Assembly: GCA_950097015.1 (NCBI GenBank)
Contig: CATNEN010000007.1
Coordinates: 11,904,001-11,968,000, forward strand
Origin: Macrostomum hystrix
Taxonomy: Eukaryota; Animalia; Platyhelminthes
Direction of reading: 5' to 3'
DNA: 64,000 nt
Part shown: positions 44,499-57,415 of the stretch, piece after piece
How positions within the stretch are numbered: position 1 is the stretch's first letter
Layout: each line of letters opens with the position of its first letter
Notes under the pieces: generated by a model
Told to the model about the DNA's origin: nothing
What the model saw: only the letters and a program-made list of their open reading frames with translations
Databases searched by the model: none
Translations under genes and position numbers: made by a program

Positions 44499-47400
44499 AT
44501 GACACTGATAATAACTTTAGAATGGATAACAGAAAAATTGGATCTAAAAGAGGAAAATCTGGGTATGCAAGCATAATCGCATATGGCTTATTGCGGCTAT
44601 CTATATGTTTATGAACAACATTTTTTAAACCAATGTAGTCTAGAACAGTTTCTTTTGATCTTGTTCTTTTTCATTAGTTTTTTAATAAGTACACATTTTA
44701 GTAAGTTATATGTAGTATTGTGTAAGAGTTGAACGACTTAACTTATGTGAGTAGAATCAGAATGCAGCATAAAGATTTGCGTTTTTTATTTTTTAGATAA
44801 AGGGCTGATAGAAAATGGCCTTCATTTTTCATTCGAATTTTTATGTTGTATTTTTGAACATTTAGTTCCATATAGAATGCTTCTAAACAAAGTCTTTCGA
44901 GCACAAGACAGATATCAATGCTCTTCTGGGCTTATGCTTAATAGTCACCAGGCAGTAAAATAAAAATGTAAAATATAGAATATTTACAGCTTTTCTGAGA
45001 GTTCGTTAAAATATTAAGTTAAAATTCTTGGTCATTTTAATTATGCATAAGTAAATCGACTTATGTCTCAACTGTTCATCGGACTTCCCGCGAAAAAAAT
45101 ATACTTTCACTGTGGCTTAATTATTCATAAATAATCGGTATTTTAGATAACATCAAGTCACTGTCACTACCAGGGCGTTATGACGAGAAAATATCAAGCC
45201 TTGGCTCTGCATTGGTTATGTTTAGCCGGTTAAAGAACCTGGACTTGTCTAGAAATTCATTAAGTTCATTAAGTGTAAGTGTTACTTTCCTTGTTTTTGC
45301 GTATTATATAAATTTTCCATTTCGAAGCATAGTTATTCGAATTATACGCTGTTATGCACACACTGCACCCAAATAATTTAAGTGACTGAGTTCGTCAAGA
45401 CTCGATAAAAGTATTCGAAAGGTATAATTTTTCAAGAAAACGATGGGGATCGTATCCTGCCATCCACACCAGTAAAAGTGTACGCACAATCTCTATCTCA
45501 GGTACGCCCGCATAATTAGCAACCTAGCTATGCACAATATTAATTGGGATCAACGCGCTAGTCATTATTAGAACGGGTTTTAGCTTGTAGTGATTTGCTC
45601 TAAATCTAGAGCGTGACGGCTTGAAGATTTGCGGATTCGATTCCCAACACCAACGGAAAAAAATGTGTCCTTACGCAAGACTTTTACTGCATAGCTCGTA
45701 ACTTTGCATTGATTCAGCTCACCCAGCTGTTAAATTAGCGGCATTTGTTTTGGTAATTGAGGGGTGTCAAGGGCTTCAATAGCTGCGGCTGTGCATGTGG
45801 CCCGATTGGGACAGGTGTAATCAAAAATATTCTAAGCTTTGTAAAGCTCAAATAAGGAATGAACCAGAAAGAAGCTTCTAATGAAAAGAAAAGTGTGCAA
45901 ACAGAGTTTTTGCTATTTGGAATCCGCGCAAGCAAACACTGCGGTCAGGGCAGACTTGGAGAGGTCAAAGTGAGCATGTGATGAGCCAGCTTTCTAGCTG
46001 AAATTTTGAGGTCCGTCCATTGTGCAAACAGCACTGCGCAACCGAGGCAGTTGCTGTCAATGAATTGTGCTGCTCAGATGCTGAGTATATATAGCTTTTA
46101 TTGCAGCAGAGAAGTATTTACAATAGGGCTGTTATGCAACTTTTGTGTGCAGACATGAATGAGCTTAAAGGAAACAGGCAAGGCATTCAAAATGGGCAAA
46201 AATAGTAACTTTTAGTTCTAAATTTCAATTGCACTCAAAGTTAAGTTTTTCCGTACGAAATATCGATACTGCCCATAATTCAACCACACCTTGCAACCCT
46301 TGCCACCAGGGCCTGGAGAGTCTCAGCCAACTGGCGTCATTGAACTTGTATTACAACTGCATAGACTCACTGACTGAGCTGCTCAAACTGCGCAAAAATG
46401 CCCGACTGCAGCAGCTGGACCTGCGGCTCAACCCAGTGTCTAGGAGTGAACCGGACTACCGGTTCTACCTGATACAGATGCTGCCGGAGCTCAAGCGGCT
46501 GGGTACGGTCCTGCCCGGTGTTCATACTCTGATTGTCTGTGGCCTGGGAGTGAGGCCTGCCCGGTGTTCACACTCTGATTGTCTGTGGCCTGGGAGTGAG
46601 GCCTGCCCGGTGTTCACACTCTGATTGTCTGTGGCCTGGGAGTGAGGCCTGCCCGGTGTTCACACTCTGATTGTCTGTGGCCTGGGAGTGAGGCCTGCCC
46701 GGTGTTCATACTCTGATTGTCTGTGGCCTGGGAGTGAGGCCTGCCCGGTGTTCATACTCTGATTGTCTGTGGCCTGGGAGTGAGGCCTGCCCGGTGTTCA
46801 CACTCTGATTGTCTGTGGCCTGGGAGTGAGGCCTGCCCGGTGTTCATACTCTGATTGTCTGTGGCCTGGGAGTGAGGCCTGCCCGGTGTTCATACTCTGA
46901 TTGTCTGTGGCCTGGGAGTGAGGCCTGCCCGGTGTTCACACTCTGATTGTCTGTGGCCTGGGAGTGAGGCCTGCCCGGTGTTCATACTCTGATTGTCTAT
47001 GGCCCGGATTGAGGCCTTGCTTCCTGCCAACTGATTTAGGACTAAGGCCTGTTTCCAGGGAACTGGCTTGCTGTCCGTCAGCTCGTGTTCCCAGTTTTTC
47101 CCAGAAATTTCAAGCAAATCCCTGCAAATTGATTAATCTAGAAGTCTAATCGGTTTTCCCTCGCAGACGATCGAAGCGTGGCAGACGCGGAACGCAACTC
47201 CGCCCTGCTGCACTTCACCTCGGACCAGGCTGCCGATCTCCGAGGCCTCGTGCGGCAAGACAGGGCTTCCACTCCCAGGTGCGCTTTGATAGTTTTCATG
47301 TTTTTAGAAAGTTTTGCACCGTTAATACTACTGCTTAAAGATACTATGAGCGTTTCTTTAAGCTGCGCTATCCTAATTAAGAGGGAGAGTTAATTTCGAG

Positions 47401-50400
47401 TGAGCCTGGCCCAATCAAGGCCAAAAATTTCAGATAAGGGCTGCTCTCAGATAGTTTAATGCTGTTCCCGACCAATCACACTTAAGAGACGTGTGGGGGT
47501 ATTCAGTACTATTCAATCGATTTTTACCAAGCACCAAGTTGTAAGTATTCCAATAATTTCAACCAGCGTTATCGACGATGATACGGAGGACGCAGCCAGC
47601 GAGCCAGCGACTTCTCCACTGCCGCCGACACGCTCGCATTCGCGCCAGCAGCCGCAGCCGTCGCCGACGCCGCCTAACCCAACAGCCGCCGCTTCGCAGG
47701 GCCGCGACTCGGCATACAGCGACTGGCTGACCGAGGTCAAGGCCCAGGGCCGCTGGGCAGTGGCCGAGTCGCCGCCTCCGCAGCCGCAGCCGAGGCATCA
47801 GCAGTCCGCGACGTCTCAGGCCACCGCTGCCGCCTCCGCAGCAGCGACCGCTAGTCGACGATTTCGCTCGGAGTCTTATGGCAGCGGTGAGTCCTGGGTT
47901 CGAATCTCAGCCTAGGGTTCGAAACCAGTCGTGTTCCATGTGCAAGGTATTTGGCCTGTAGTTGAGGCATGGAGCTCTAGAATTCTAGAAACTATAGAGA
48001 CAACTTCCAACCAAACCTCCAACTTCCGAACCAGCATTCGCTGACTGGCTCGCCCAAAAATCCAATAAGCATATAGGAAATGCTGATGCAATACTTGGAG
48101 AAAAACACAGATAACTTCCATATCGTGCAACTGATTTTCACACTGTTTGTTTCATTAGAAAGCTGAATAAATTCTCGACAATCTAATTAAAGCTTGTGCG
48201 TCTACCAGTTTTAGCTACTGAGCTGTGCTTGAATAAAGTTTAAGGAACCTCGGGTTAGGGTTAGGGTTTGGTTTAGGGTTAGGCCCTGTGTTTGCATCTG
48301 ATTGTCTATGGCACGGATTGGGGCCCGCGACAGCTTCGATTCTGTTAATTAATAAATTAATTAATTTATTTTTTAATTAGGCACCAACATTAGCTAAAAT
48401 AGAAATTTTGGTTGGTGGACTGAGTTTCAGTAATGCAATAGCTACGGCTGCACGGCTGAACATCTTGCCCAACTGGGTTATTACTTTCACTCAGTTTATC
48501 CTATCTAATTATCATAGTAAAATTGTTGGATTTCCTTATCTGGGGCGAGTTGGCAAGTTTAGCAGTTATGGCCCCAGGTACTCTCTACTAGTTTGATTCA
48601 ACTGTCAGCCAAAGGTTTAGGCTGAGTAATGAGACCGGCATTGAGGTTGGCTGCTCTCAGAGCAAGTGCTCAGCTGAGCAGCCAGGAAACAGGAAGTCTA
48701 CTCGTCTGCCCTCCGCGCCCCGGAGGCGAGAAGCGGCACCCAAGGACCGTTTGGTCGCAATCAGGTAGTCTAAAAGGCCAGACACAAAAAACATTGCAGC
48801 AGCTTTTCACTTCCTCTACCTTCTTGGGCAGGTTCAGCCGCAGGCGATCAGCATATCCAGTTTCATCATCAGCAGCAGCAGCAGCATCAGCAGCAGCAGC
48901 TAGGCGATCCACGGAGCAGCGAATCATCGCTACAAGAATCCGAAAACGAAGACACAGCAGCAGCAGCTGCTAAAGCGGCTCTTAACAAAAGCATTGGTAA
49001 CTATTTGAGCGCACATGAAATGTTTAGGCTGATTCTCGCAGCACTCACAATCTCTGATGGTTCTCACAATCTCTCGGATGCACAAATGATCCCGGCCTTT
49101 TCTCCAATCCTCAAATGATTCACAATAATCCTCCTGAGATATCCCATCATAACAATTTTATCGTCTCCACTCCGAGCTGCATGCCGCCAACCCCGCACCC
49201 CACTCCCCCGGCAGAAGTTGCGGCAGCGGGCGAGCGTCGGTCATCCTTGTCATTCTCCCTGGGCGCCAGTGGCGGTGTTCCTCGCCTTGTGCTGAGCGAC
49301 TCGGGCCGCACCGCAGGTGCCAACCAGCTCGGAGCCGACAAGCAGCGGGTGCTGAAGAAGCGCCTGCCACGCGCCCGCTGGGAAAAGCCGCCGCCACCGC
49401 AGGCCCCGCACCCAGCGCCCGCAAGCTCCGGCAGGAAGGCGTCGGCTGCCGTAGAAGTCGCCCCGCCAGAGTCCAGTGCGATGTCAGTTCCATCGCAGCA
49501 GCTCCAGTGCGGCAGCTGCCCCGGCCTGGATCTGAGCAAGCCCTGTCCATTCCTGAACGAGCTGGCCTCCTTGGCCGAGAAGCACTGGGGCGGGCCGGGC
49601 TCGCTGATCCGCAGCCGCCGCTTCCAGGAGGCCGGCCGGGCCGTGCTGATGCAGCTGGCGCAGTTCGTCCGCAACGAGGCTGCGAGCGCCACCGCGGCAG
49701 AGGCGGTGGCCCTGAACTCCCGGCTGGCCTACCTGGAGCAGGAGAACACCCGCCTCCTGCGCGAGGTCGGACAGCTGGCTGCCAGCAGCGGCCGTCCGAC
49801 CCGCCTCCAGTTCGAGTCCTCGTTGGGCTACCAGAAACAGCAGCAGCAGCAGCAGCAGCAGGAACAGCACACAGTGAGCCAGAACAAGGTGGACGAGCTC
49901 GCACGGGAAGTTGACCGACTAAAGACGAAGCTGGGATCGTTGGAGCAGGTAGAGGTGAGTTGGGAAGCATATAAAAATTGACACAAATCATCAGCCGATC
50001 AAGACCCATCAACGCATCTGCCCCCCCAACCTTCCGCTTGTCAGCTAATCAGTTCCATGCTGCAGGAGTCGCACAAGTCCCTGCTGCTCACCAATGAGCA
50101 CCTCATGTCTGAACTGCGTCTCATGCGGCGCCGAGAGGACGGCCACGACGGCTCCTCGGTCGCCAGCTCCATCGGGGATCTCGCCAAGCCGTCGGGCTAC
50201 GGAGGCAGGAAGGCCCGGGACCAGTCGGCCTTCGAGGAATCAGTCACTCCCAAGTCCAGCGCCTCCTCCAGCACGCTGCACGGCAGCCGCCCCTTCGGAA
50301 ATGGTCGCCAGACATCTACAAGCGCCGGTGGGGGCGGCGATGGCGTCAACGGCGTCGGGGGCAGCGGCGGCAGTCTGCAGTCGGTGGGGAAGTCGAGCGG

Positions 50401-50428
50401 GATCTCAGCATACGCCGACTGGCGCTGA
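44499..50428 (+). CDS. CEP72: Centrosomal protein 72 (LRR plus C-terminal coiled coil), 8 exons
   Basis: Phase-consistent exons 44499-44562, 45147-45274, 46310-46502, 47167-47278, 47567-47886, 48832-48996, 49215-49954, 50045-50428. IKSLSLPGRYDEKI...LDLSRNSL...SLNLYYNCI...LDLRLNPVSRSEPDYRFYLIQMLPELKRLDDRSV..ERNSALLHF and C-terminal LQESHKSLLLTNEHL match the CEP72/LRRC36 family. Confidence 0.9.
45580..45825 (+). mobile_element. Degenerate copy of the tRNA-derived SINE (CEP72 intron 2)
   Basis: Shares GATTCGATTCCC, GTCCTT..GCAAGAC, TCACCCAGCTGTTAAAT, AATAGCTGCGGCTGTGC and CAGGTGTAATCAA with the 13321 copy. Confidence 0.75.
46510..47004. repeat. 46-bp minisatellite, about 10.5 copies, CEP72 intron 3
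   Basis: CCTGCCCGGTGTTCA(C/T)ACTCTGATTGTCTGTGGCCTGGGAGTGAGG in tandem. Confidence 0.95.
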
Positions 50429-51446
50429 GGAAGTGACAAGATCGAACCACTGACCCTACTTGTCCTTAGACAGGTCCATATGTGCGGCTGTACAAATTTC
50501 CAGACTTGCGAGCTCGTGTGTGGGTTTTGCGGGTAGATTTTTCTGTTTGCGTTATCTTCTTTTATCTAACAGTGGTTGTCTTCCACATGACCCTGACATT
50601 TTGCATGCTGAATTCAGCTGTCGGTTCGCGTGTACTTTTATTCAAATGCTCAAATTCGCAGCTTATTCGGCTTTCTTGTGAGCCATCATTGTTCTGTCCG
50701 TGATTTTCTGCAGTGAGATACTTTAGCCCAGCGCAGGCCTCGCTGCACTTACACTGCAGTAGAAATTATAGCGTTTGTCAGTTTTCTGCATTGCAAAGCA
50801 CATGCTTCTCCAAGCGCTTCAGAGCAATGCTCTAGCTCGTATGACTTTGCACTGTTTGCCAGTTGAATGCAGCTTGTCTGACGTCGCCTTTCTTAAAATC
50901 GAGAATATGAATATGATTTTATGCTCAGAGCTCTGGAAGTCCCAGATTATTTATTTGGAGCTGCGAATCTCCGCCAGTTTTATTTGTTTCGCTTAAACAA
51001 AGGAAATTTCTGCAGTGACTGTCTCCGTCTCTTGTTTTATTACTGTCTGAAAGTCTGAAGAAAATAACTATCAAGAAAATCAGCGTACGCAAGCAGGCCT
51101 ACAAGTGCACTAAGCATGCTAATGAGTGGGGCTGTCTGTGTTCTCAATAATTTCAGCCTGTGCTTCCAAAACTTCAGACAGAGCAGGCGAAAGTTTTTTT
51201 CCTAAAAAAGTTGCTCTTCTAGGACTCTAAAAAGTCCTTAGCAACTCAAAAGTTTTCCTTTGTCTAAAGAGACTTCTAACATGAGTTATATTTGAGTAAC
51301 TTCTAAGAGTCTGAGGCCCCGTCACCAAGGAAATCAAGCGCGGCGGAGACCACGTTGCCTACCTCGTACAGTTGTCAGCTTTCAGTCGAAATACATACAA
51401 AACGAAAAGACAGAAAGATATCATTTCGGCACACAGAGTTCAGTGT

Positions 51447-54400
51447 TCATTGCGCTGAAGTTGCTACGGTACCGTCACCGAAGACTCCCTCCAAGCCGAA
51501 GGACGCCGCTCTATCCCTGATGTGGCTGCCACCGCCATAGACGTAAAGAGCGATTCCGTGAAAAGTGGTTAACTCCAGCAGTGTGCGCCCGCTCGCTCTG
51601 CCGCCAAGAAGTTCCTCCGCCGGCGCCGCCACCGCCCGAACACCGTAATGCTTGCAGGCACCTAGCTCAGCGACGGCCTCAGCGACGCTGGCCGCTAGAA
51701 AGGCCAGTGGAAGCCGCGCCTGCTTGACGCTCAGCGTCAAGCAGAGTTGCAAGTCGTGGCAGGCCACAAGGACGCAGCGCTCCGCTGCTGGCAGCAGGGA
51801 GGCCAGCAGGGCATCGGCCGCCACGTTGACAGAAGCCGGATCGTCCAGCACGGCTCGAGCTATCAGTCGCGCATCAGTTGGGAGTGCTTGGCACAGTTCC
51901 TGGCAGCGCAGCTGCTCCTGAACGCCACCGCCGGTCCGCAGGACGCCAGCCTCTGAAACTCTAATCGGCAGTTCAAAGTATCTGAAGGATGGAGCCGCTG
52001 CAGCGAGCGCTGAAGTAGCCGCCGAGTAGGCGTCAGGACCCATCGGCGATAGCCATTGTGCGGGCATAGGGAGGATAATGATAGGCGAATCTGCCAAAGC
52101 TGCCGCTGCTCCGCATCGGTCCAGGAAGCGGTTCATGTCCAGCGGGCCTGTCTGGCTGCAGTGCACAAGGCGGACGTCCACTGACAGCTGTCCGATGTGT
52201 TCAGTTGATTTTGCATGAATCAGGTCACAGTTGAGAGCCCGCAGTTCGGGCGAGCTCAAGGTGACCATTGGATGCATCAGCGTCGCAACTGCCTCGACAC
52301 AGCTTTCGCAATTTTTTTCGCTACTATTGTGAAAATGGAGCGAAAACCGGAAGCTAACTGGACTGTCTAAAGGCACCTGCTGAACAAATTCCACGTTGGA
52401 TTCTGCGGCCTTGGCCAAACAGACCCAGTTGAGGCCGCCTTGATCGTCCATGACATCCATATGGCTAAAGCCAAGCGATTTTGCAGATTCAGACAGCTTG
52501 CTTTTTGATTGGGAGTTCAGCGGTGGAGAATAGCGAGCTGTGCCCTGCATCAGGAACGGTCCGCGGAGGTTCGGCGTCAGAGACGTTCCTTTGGCGCTCT
52601 TTGCCGAGAGCTCCACACCCATCGGAGAATCTAGCAGCTGGACCCAAGATTCTTGCAGCGTCGGGGGTCGAAAGTGCAGTAGAAGCATCGCATGGTCCCT
52701 GTCAGTCAACCAGCCAGGCTTCACAGGACCCGGCAGCTGAGGCGGCTTGGCCGGCAGCTCGCTCAGCTCTAGCAGCTGGCCTGGCTGGCCGAACAGCATG
52801 AAGCTGTTCCTTTGCTTGTACTCGGACATTCGGCGCACGAAGCCGCCCTCCCAGGCGAATAGTTCGAATTTCACCGGCCCCTCGGTGCCCGCCTCTTGTA
52901 CCACAATGGCCACACGAAACTCGACGTCCTCTTCGTCGCAGTAGCTGGAGCTTACTCTGGCTTCGAAGAAGACATAGCCGGAAGCGGTCAGCTTAGCAGT
53001 GGGCGACATCGGCTCAGCGCAGTTCAAGTCCCAGTCGCCCAATTCGATGACGTTGCCGCTAATGACGGGGAACGCTGAATCTGGCAACAGGCACATGGGC
53101 ACGGCGAGAAAAATCGGTAGTTGGAAGCCCACAACGCCAATCACTGTGCTGGCCGTACTGCGGTGCTCCTGGGTGTCATGCAACTCCACCAACTGTACGT
53201 GCTCGATATCAGACTTTAGGTAGACATAATCCCAACAGCCACTGACGTCTCGCGAATCAGGCGGGTCCAAATCATTCACGTTGCTGTTATTTTCTTGAGC
53301 GATTTCAATTATTTGACGCTTGTCGTCGCCACTCGCGCTGTTCCACCCTAGGTTTAAAACGTAGAATCCAGCGACTTTGTCTCCAACGTCGCCAGCAGGT
53401 GTCTTTCGACTGCCAGATGGCTTCTCAGGCTCCTCTGGCTGCAGAGAAGCATTCATAGCGACTCTGCCAAAGCCAACAAACGTCGGGGATGTCATTTTGA
53501 GCACTCGGCTCTCTGGCGTGACTGGCGGGACTGGCCTGAGATTTCGGACTCCAGGGTCGTTCACCTGCCGGACAGACAGGCGCAGGTGGTGACTCGCTAC
53601 CTGGAAGCGGCAACGGTCGACGGACACTAATTCGGCTGCACCTGCGCTGATTTCCGGCTGATAGTTGGCGATGACTGTCGATGGTCCCATCCCGAATCTC
53701 ATGACGATAGTGAGCGACACGTTGAGAAATCTGCTGATAGAGCAAGCTCGAATGAATCCACCGTTGCTACTCACCAGCCTATGCAAGGTCGAGCACTGGG
53801 GTGCCGATCCGAGAAGGCCTGCGAACTGATGAAGGACGCAGATGCCGAGCTCAACAGCTGTGCGAGGCCTCGCCACTGCGACAGCTTTATCGATCGGGGC
53901 TAGCCGAGAATTCGCCAGCTCAAGTGGCCAACAAAACTGCTGAGGCGACACGGGCTGCTGCCGTCTGTTGGAAGCGCTTGGCGGAATCACATGCATTGGC
54001 ACGCAATGGTTCGAAGCGAACGAGCCAAATAGGTCGGGGGCCAGGACAATACGCAGTATTGCGGGCCTAGGGCCTGTGTGACAGTGCGCCTGGCACTCCT
54101 GCGGCCAAGAAAAATCTTCAATGGCTGTCGGCAGCCATTCAGATTCAGAGCAGAAGCGTGTGACTGGACAAAGCTTCTTGCCTGTGGCTGCTGTTGCATC
54201 CAGGGTGTTCTCAGAAAGTGGGCGACCGCAGACTTCCACAGCCAGATCTGATATCTCAGTGCTTTCAACGAATTTCCGAACGCATTCCAAAGCTTTGGCG
54301 GTTCGTGAGCTCTGAGGGGCTGCTATGAACTGTGCGGTGGTTGTTCCGCTAGCTTTGCTACCCCGCAGACTGGCAAGTGACGTGGCTTCGGACATGGCGA

Positions 54401-54881
54401 GAGCTTCAAACCGATCGATTCCCGAACTCAGAAGTGGAAAAATTTTGCGCACGCTGAGAGGCCGCTCCAGTTCTTCCTGTCGCCTCTGCTTCAGTTTTCG
54501 TAGCCGTCCTCGTCGATTCTGCTTAGCAACCAGGAACTCAATGCTGATCTCGACACCCCTGCGACAGTCCGTGTCAGTTGCTGCCGGTAAGCTGCGGGCT
54601 TCATGGTGCCCTTGAGCTCGTCTTTTGCACGCGGGCCTCTTCGCATCCGCTTGGATCTTACGAAGGGTCTGCACACTGGGCTCTGGCTGCTGTTGAACCT
54701 CTTCCTGCAGGAGTCGCTGGCTAAGCAGCTGAAGCTCATGCAGACGTCTTGTGATGCTGCGAGTGTTCCATGGGTTGGAGACTGTGGGGGAGGCTTCCTG
54801 TCGGCTTATTCGACGCTTGTTCGAGCATGGTCGCTGGCAGCGTCGCCCGGGCATCAGAAGCTCCACGCTGCCTTGCCACAT
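51447..54881 (-). CDS. Large single-exon hypothetical protein (1144 aa)
   Basis: 3.4-kb uninterrupted, non-repetitive ORF with a true ATG directly after an acceptor-like CTACAG. No family recognised. Confidence 0.75.
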   Translation of the reverse strand: MWQGSVELLMPGRRCQRPCSNKRRISRQEASPTVSNPWNTRSITRRLHELQLLSQRLLQEEVQQQPEPSVQTLRKIQADAKRPACKRRAQGHHEARSLPAATDTDCRRGVEISIEFLVAKQNRRGRLRKLKQRRQEELERPLSVRKIFPLLSSGIDRFEALAMSEATSLASLRGSKASGTTTAQFIAAPQSSRTAKALECVRKFVESTEISDLAVEVCGRPLSENTLDATAATGKKLCPVTRFCSESEWLPTAIEDFSWPQECQAHCHTGPRPAILRIVLAPDLFGSFASNHCVPMHVIPPSASNRRQQPVSPQQFCWPLELANSRLAPIDKAVAVARPRTAVELGICVLHQFAGLLGSAPQCSTLHRLVSSNGGFIRACSISRFLNVSLTIVMRFGMGPSTVIANYQPEISAGAAELVSVDRCRFQVASHHLRLSVRQVNDPGVRNLRPVPPVTPESRVLKMTSPTFVGFGRVAMNASLQPEEPEKPSGSRKTPAGDVGDKVAGFYVLNLGWNSASGDDKRQIIEIAQENNSNVNDLDPPDSRDVSGCWDYVYLKSDIEHVQLVELHDTQEHRSTASTVIGVVGFQLPIFLAVPMCLLPDSAFPVISGNVIELGDWDLNCAEPMSPTAKLTASGYVFFEARVSSSYCDEEDVEFRVAIVVQEAGTEGPVKFELFAWEGGFVRRMSEYKQRNSFMLFGQPGQLLELSELPAKPPQLPGPVKPGWLTDRDHAMLLLHFRPPTLQESWVQLLDSPMGVELSAKSAKGTSLTPNLRGPFLMQGTARYSPPLNSQSKSKLSESAKSLGFSHMDVMDDQGGLNWVCLAKAAESNVEFVQQVPLDSPVSFRFSLHFHNSSEKNCESCVEAVATLMHPMVTLSSPELRALNCDLIHAKSTEHIGQLSVDVRLVHCSQTGPLDMNRFLDRCGAAAALADSPIIILPMPAQWLSPMGPDAYSAATSALAAAAPSFRYFELPIRVSEAGVLRTGGGVQEQLRCQELCQALPTDARLIARAVLDDPASVNVAADALLASLLPAAERCVLVACHDLQLCLTLSVKQARLPLAFLAASVAEAVAELGACKHYGVRAVAAPAEELLGGRASGRTLLELTTFHGIALYVYGGGSHIRDRAASFGLEGVFGDGTVATSAQ

Positions 54882-55348
54882 CTGTAGAAGCTGATTGTGG
54901 ACTGTGGTCGCTGAAGTACAGAATTCTTATGGCCAGCTTTGTAAGAATTCGGACCTGTTTAGGGCCTAATTATGAAAAGCTCCGAGTTTTCCTTCTTCTC
55001 GACCTTGCACTTCTCACTCGCAAATTACCAATGCGAAAGTCTAGAGACAAATAAATTAGAGCTCGCCTAACCGGAATTCTCGGGACAATGTTAGTCTATG
55101 GTGCAGACTCCGAAACTAATTAAGTGGAGAAGGGAAAAATGACTCAAACTATATGCTTGTCTTCTTCCTTTAATAGTTCATCATGCATTCAGCAGTAGTG
55201 TGCTGCTATCTAAATATAAGGCCTTTGAGAATCAAATTCAAGCTAGCTATTTAGGTTCGGCTTGTGACCAATAGCTCTAAGAAACAGAACCATACTCGTA
55301 GCTCGCATGTACTTAATACGCAGGTGTTCTATTGACCCGGCCAATTAA

Positions 55349-55949
55349 GAGTAGGACTACCAAGCCATTTGCGCCCGTTTTTATACCAAGGGGGGAATTT
55401 CCCGCCCCTCTGAAAATGTTTTTGCCAGCGCCTGGAATGCTTTAGGGGTGACTGATTGGTTGATAGACTAGTCGAGGGTGTCCTGTGGTTGAGCTGCGCC
55501 TAATAGTTAGGCTTGAACATGAAATTTGAGAAATTCGCGTCAGGGTGTCCATAGTGGCCTAGTTCCACCTGTTGTAGCTCTTGAAGATCTAGATAGATAA
55601 GAGAGATGGATCTAGATAAAGGTCGGTGACCGCCGAAGTCGGAGATGATGCAAGCACATACGGGTGACATGCTGATAAAGTTTGAAGGTCTAGAAAGGCC
55701 GCACTGAGGCGCAGTGCAAATTCGTGTATAGGGGTGTATGAAATACACTAGCTCTTATGGGAAAAATCGGACCTTCGGCCAGAAACATTGAATATCTCGA
55801 CGGTCTGAAGAGCTGGCGACTTGTTTCTTGTTTCAGAAGATGCGCAACAAAAAGTTGGCCCGTGTTCTTGAGTTTTGTGTGCTTGCATTGTTAAGTTCAG
55901 GTGCTGCAAAAATTGTCAGGGGATTTCCCCCCCTTTGGTAGTTCTACTG
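55349..55949. mobile_element. Non-autonomous TTAA-target DNA element (piggyBac/Kolobok-like)
   Basis: TTAA on both sides. Imperfect TIR GAGTAGGACTACCAA/TTGGTAGTTCTACTG extended by CCAAGGGGGGAATTTCCC/GGGATTTCCCCCCTTTGG. Confidence 0.6.
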
Positions 55950-56379
55950 TTAAACTGATTCTATTGAGAGCTTTATGATATGACGTCGTCGAAAATAACT
56001 GTTAAACAGAACAACAATTATTGGCGATTATTAAGCGTGTTAAAAATAGCTATATTTTATGCTATTGGAATAGAAAGAGCGTTTCAATGACATCGTTAAC
56101 ATCTCACATCCATTATAGTTGCTAAATTCATTAGTCATGACTAAATCAAAGTTAATCCACCAGGCTGATGCGGTAGCGGGTGGCCAGCACAGCAGGCGGT
56201 ACTGCCGGCGCGAAGCTGGCAGACCACCACCGTCTCGGCTCGGGTGACAAACGGGTGTCGCCATGGAATTTGGCGGTCTCAAACGCTGAGGTCGAGCCGG
56301 CGTCGAGATCGGTGGATGGTGGCTGTGGCCGCGTTAACGGTGAGTAGTGGAATCTTCAATTCTATGGATCGAGGCTGGC

Positions 56380-56640
56380 GTCGGGGTTGGCAGCGGCGTA
56401 CGCCCGCACATTGCCCTCGATACCTTGTGCGCTGGTACCCACATAAACCGGACCGGACGCCGTTCCTGGCAGAGCTCGTCCCAGTAGTGCGCGCCTGTCG
56501 GGTCAGCTTGGTCGGATGGGCCGCGTGGTAGTAGTGTCAGGAGGGCCGCCATATGCTGTCGATAAAGATTACTGATGTTGACTGAGCTGCAGGCGCGACT
56601 GTGGTTTATATGCCTTTTTTAAGAGCCGTCTGTTCCTGAG
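56380..56640 (-). pseudogene. Decayed RNase H domain fragment (retrotransposon type)
   Basis: Minus strand reads EQTALKKGI*...VIFIDS/(frameshift)MAALLTL...VRFMWVPAH/(frameshift)GIEGNVRA. These are the RNase H motifs AELxAI, IxTDS and WVPxHxGIxGNExAD in the correct order. Confidence 0.7.
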
Positions 56641-57415
56641 ACTCGAGGTCATGCCGCAGATAGGATCAAGAGATGGAGCGAGAAGATAAGTGTCTTGATT
56701 TTGATGGGCGCAATGGGAGTAACAGCCTGTGTATACATTTTTCAATGACCGGCTAAGTTTTCATTTAGTATGTAAAATGGATAAGATCTTTCGTTCTGAA
56801 AATGCTCAATTCATCACTTCTTCTCACACAAGGGGTGAACGAATCTACTTAATTTTTCGTTAATTTTGAACTCGTTTTTCGCACGATTCGAAACATATAC
56901 GATTCGTGTAATTCGCCCGCCCGCTCCGATCCGATGTGAGATGTGAGATGGCTTTTTCGCCCACGGTACCAAATTCTTGATGTGCAGCAAAAATTGGCTT
57001 AGAATATAGACGAATGCTTAAATTTCGGTTTATATCTGATGCGTATAGTTATCACGATCGTGTTACAACTGTAATTGTATTTGTAATTGACATCTGTCTT
57101 GTGTCAGTAAAAATATGCTAAAGCTAGTTATTTAGTAATCCTAATCACAAGCAAAAACAAACTATTATCTAATCAAACATAGGTCTACTAAGGGTCATAT
57201 TTGAGGATAGCTAGCTATCTACTTTTACCCTTTTAGTGTCTGCAGTTTGTTACAACTTGTCTTCCTTTTTATTTTTAAGCCTAGCTATGCCTAGGCCTAT
57301 AACAAGGCAGCTGTTATTTGTCTGGTTCACTGATATTTCTAGGAATATAGGAAATATAGGAACTGAAATATAGGAATTTCAAATCATTTTTCGATCAGAA
57401 GTAATTTAATTAGAT

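Noticed and set aside
49147-50012. Antisense ORFs over CEP72 and golgin exons
   Set aside because: Shadow ORFs from GC-rich codon usage on the coding strand.
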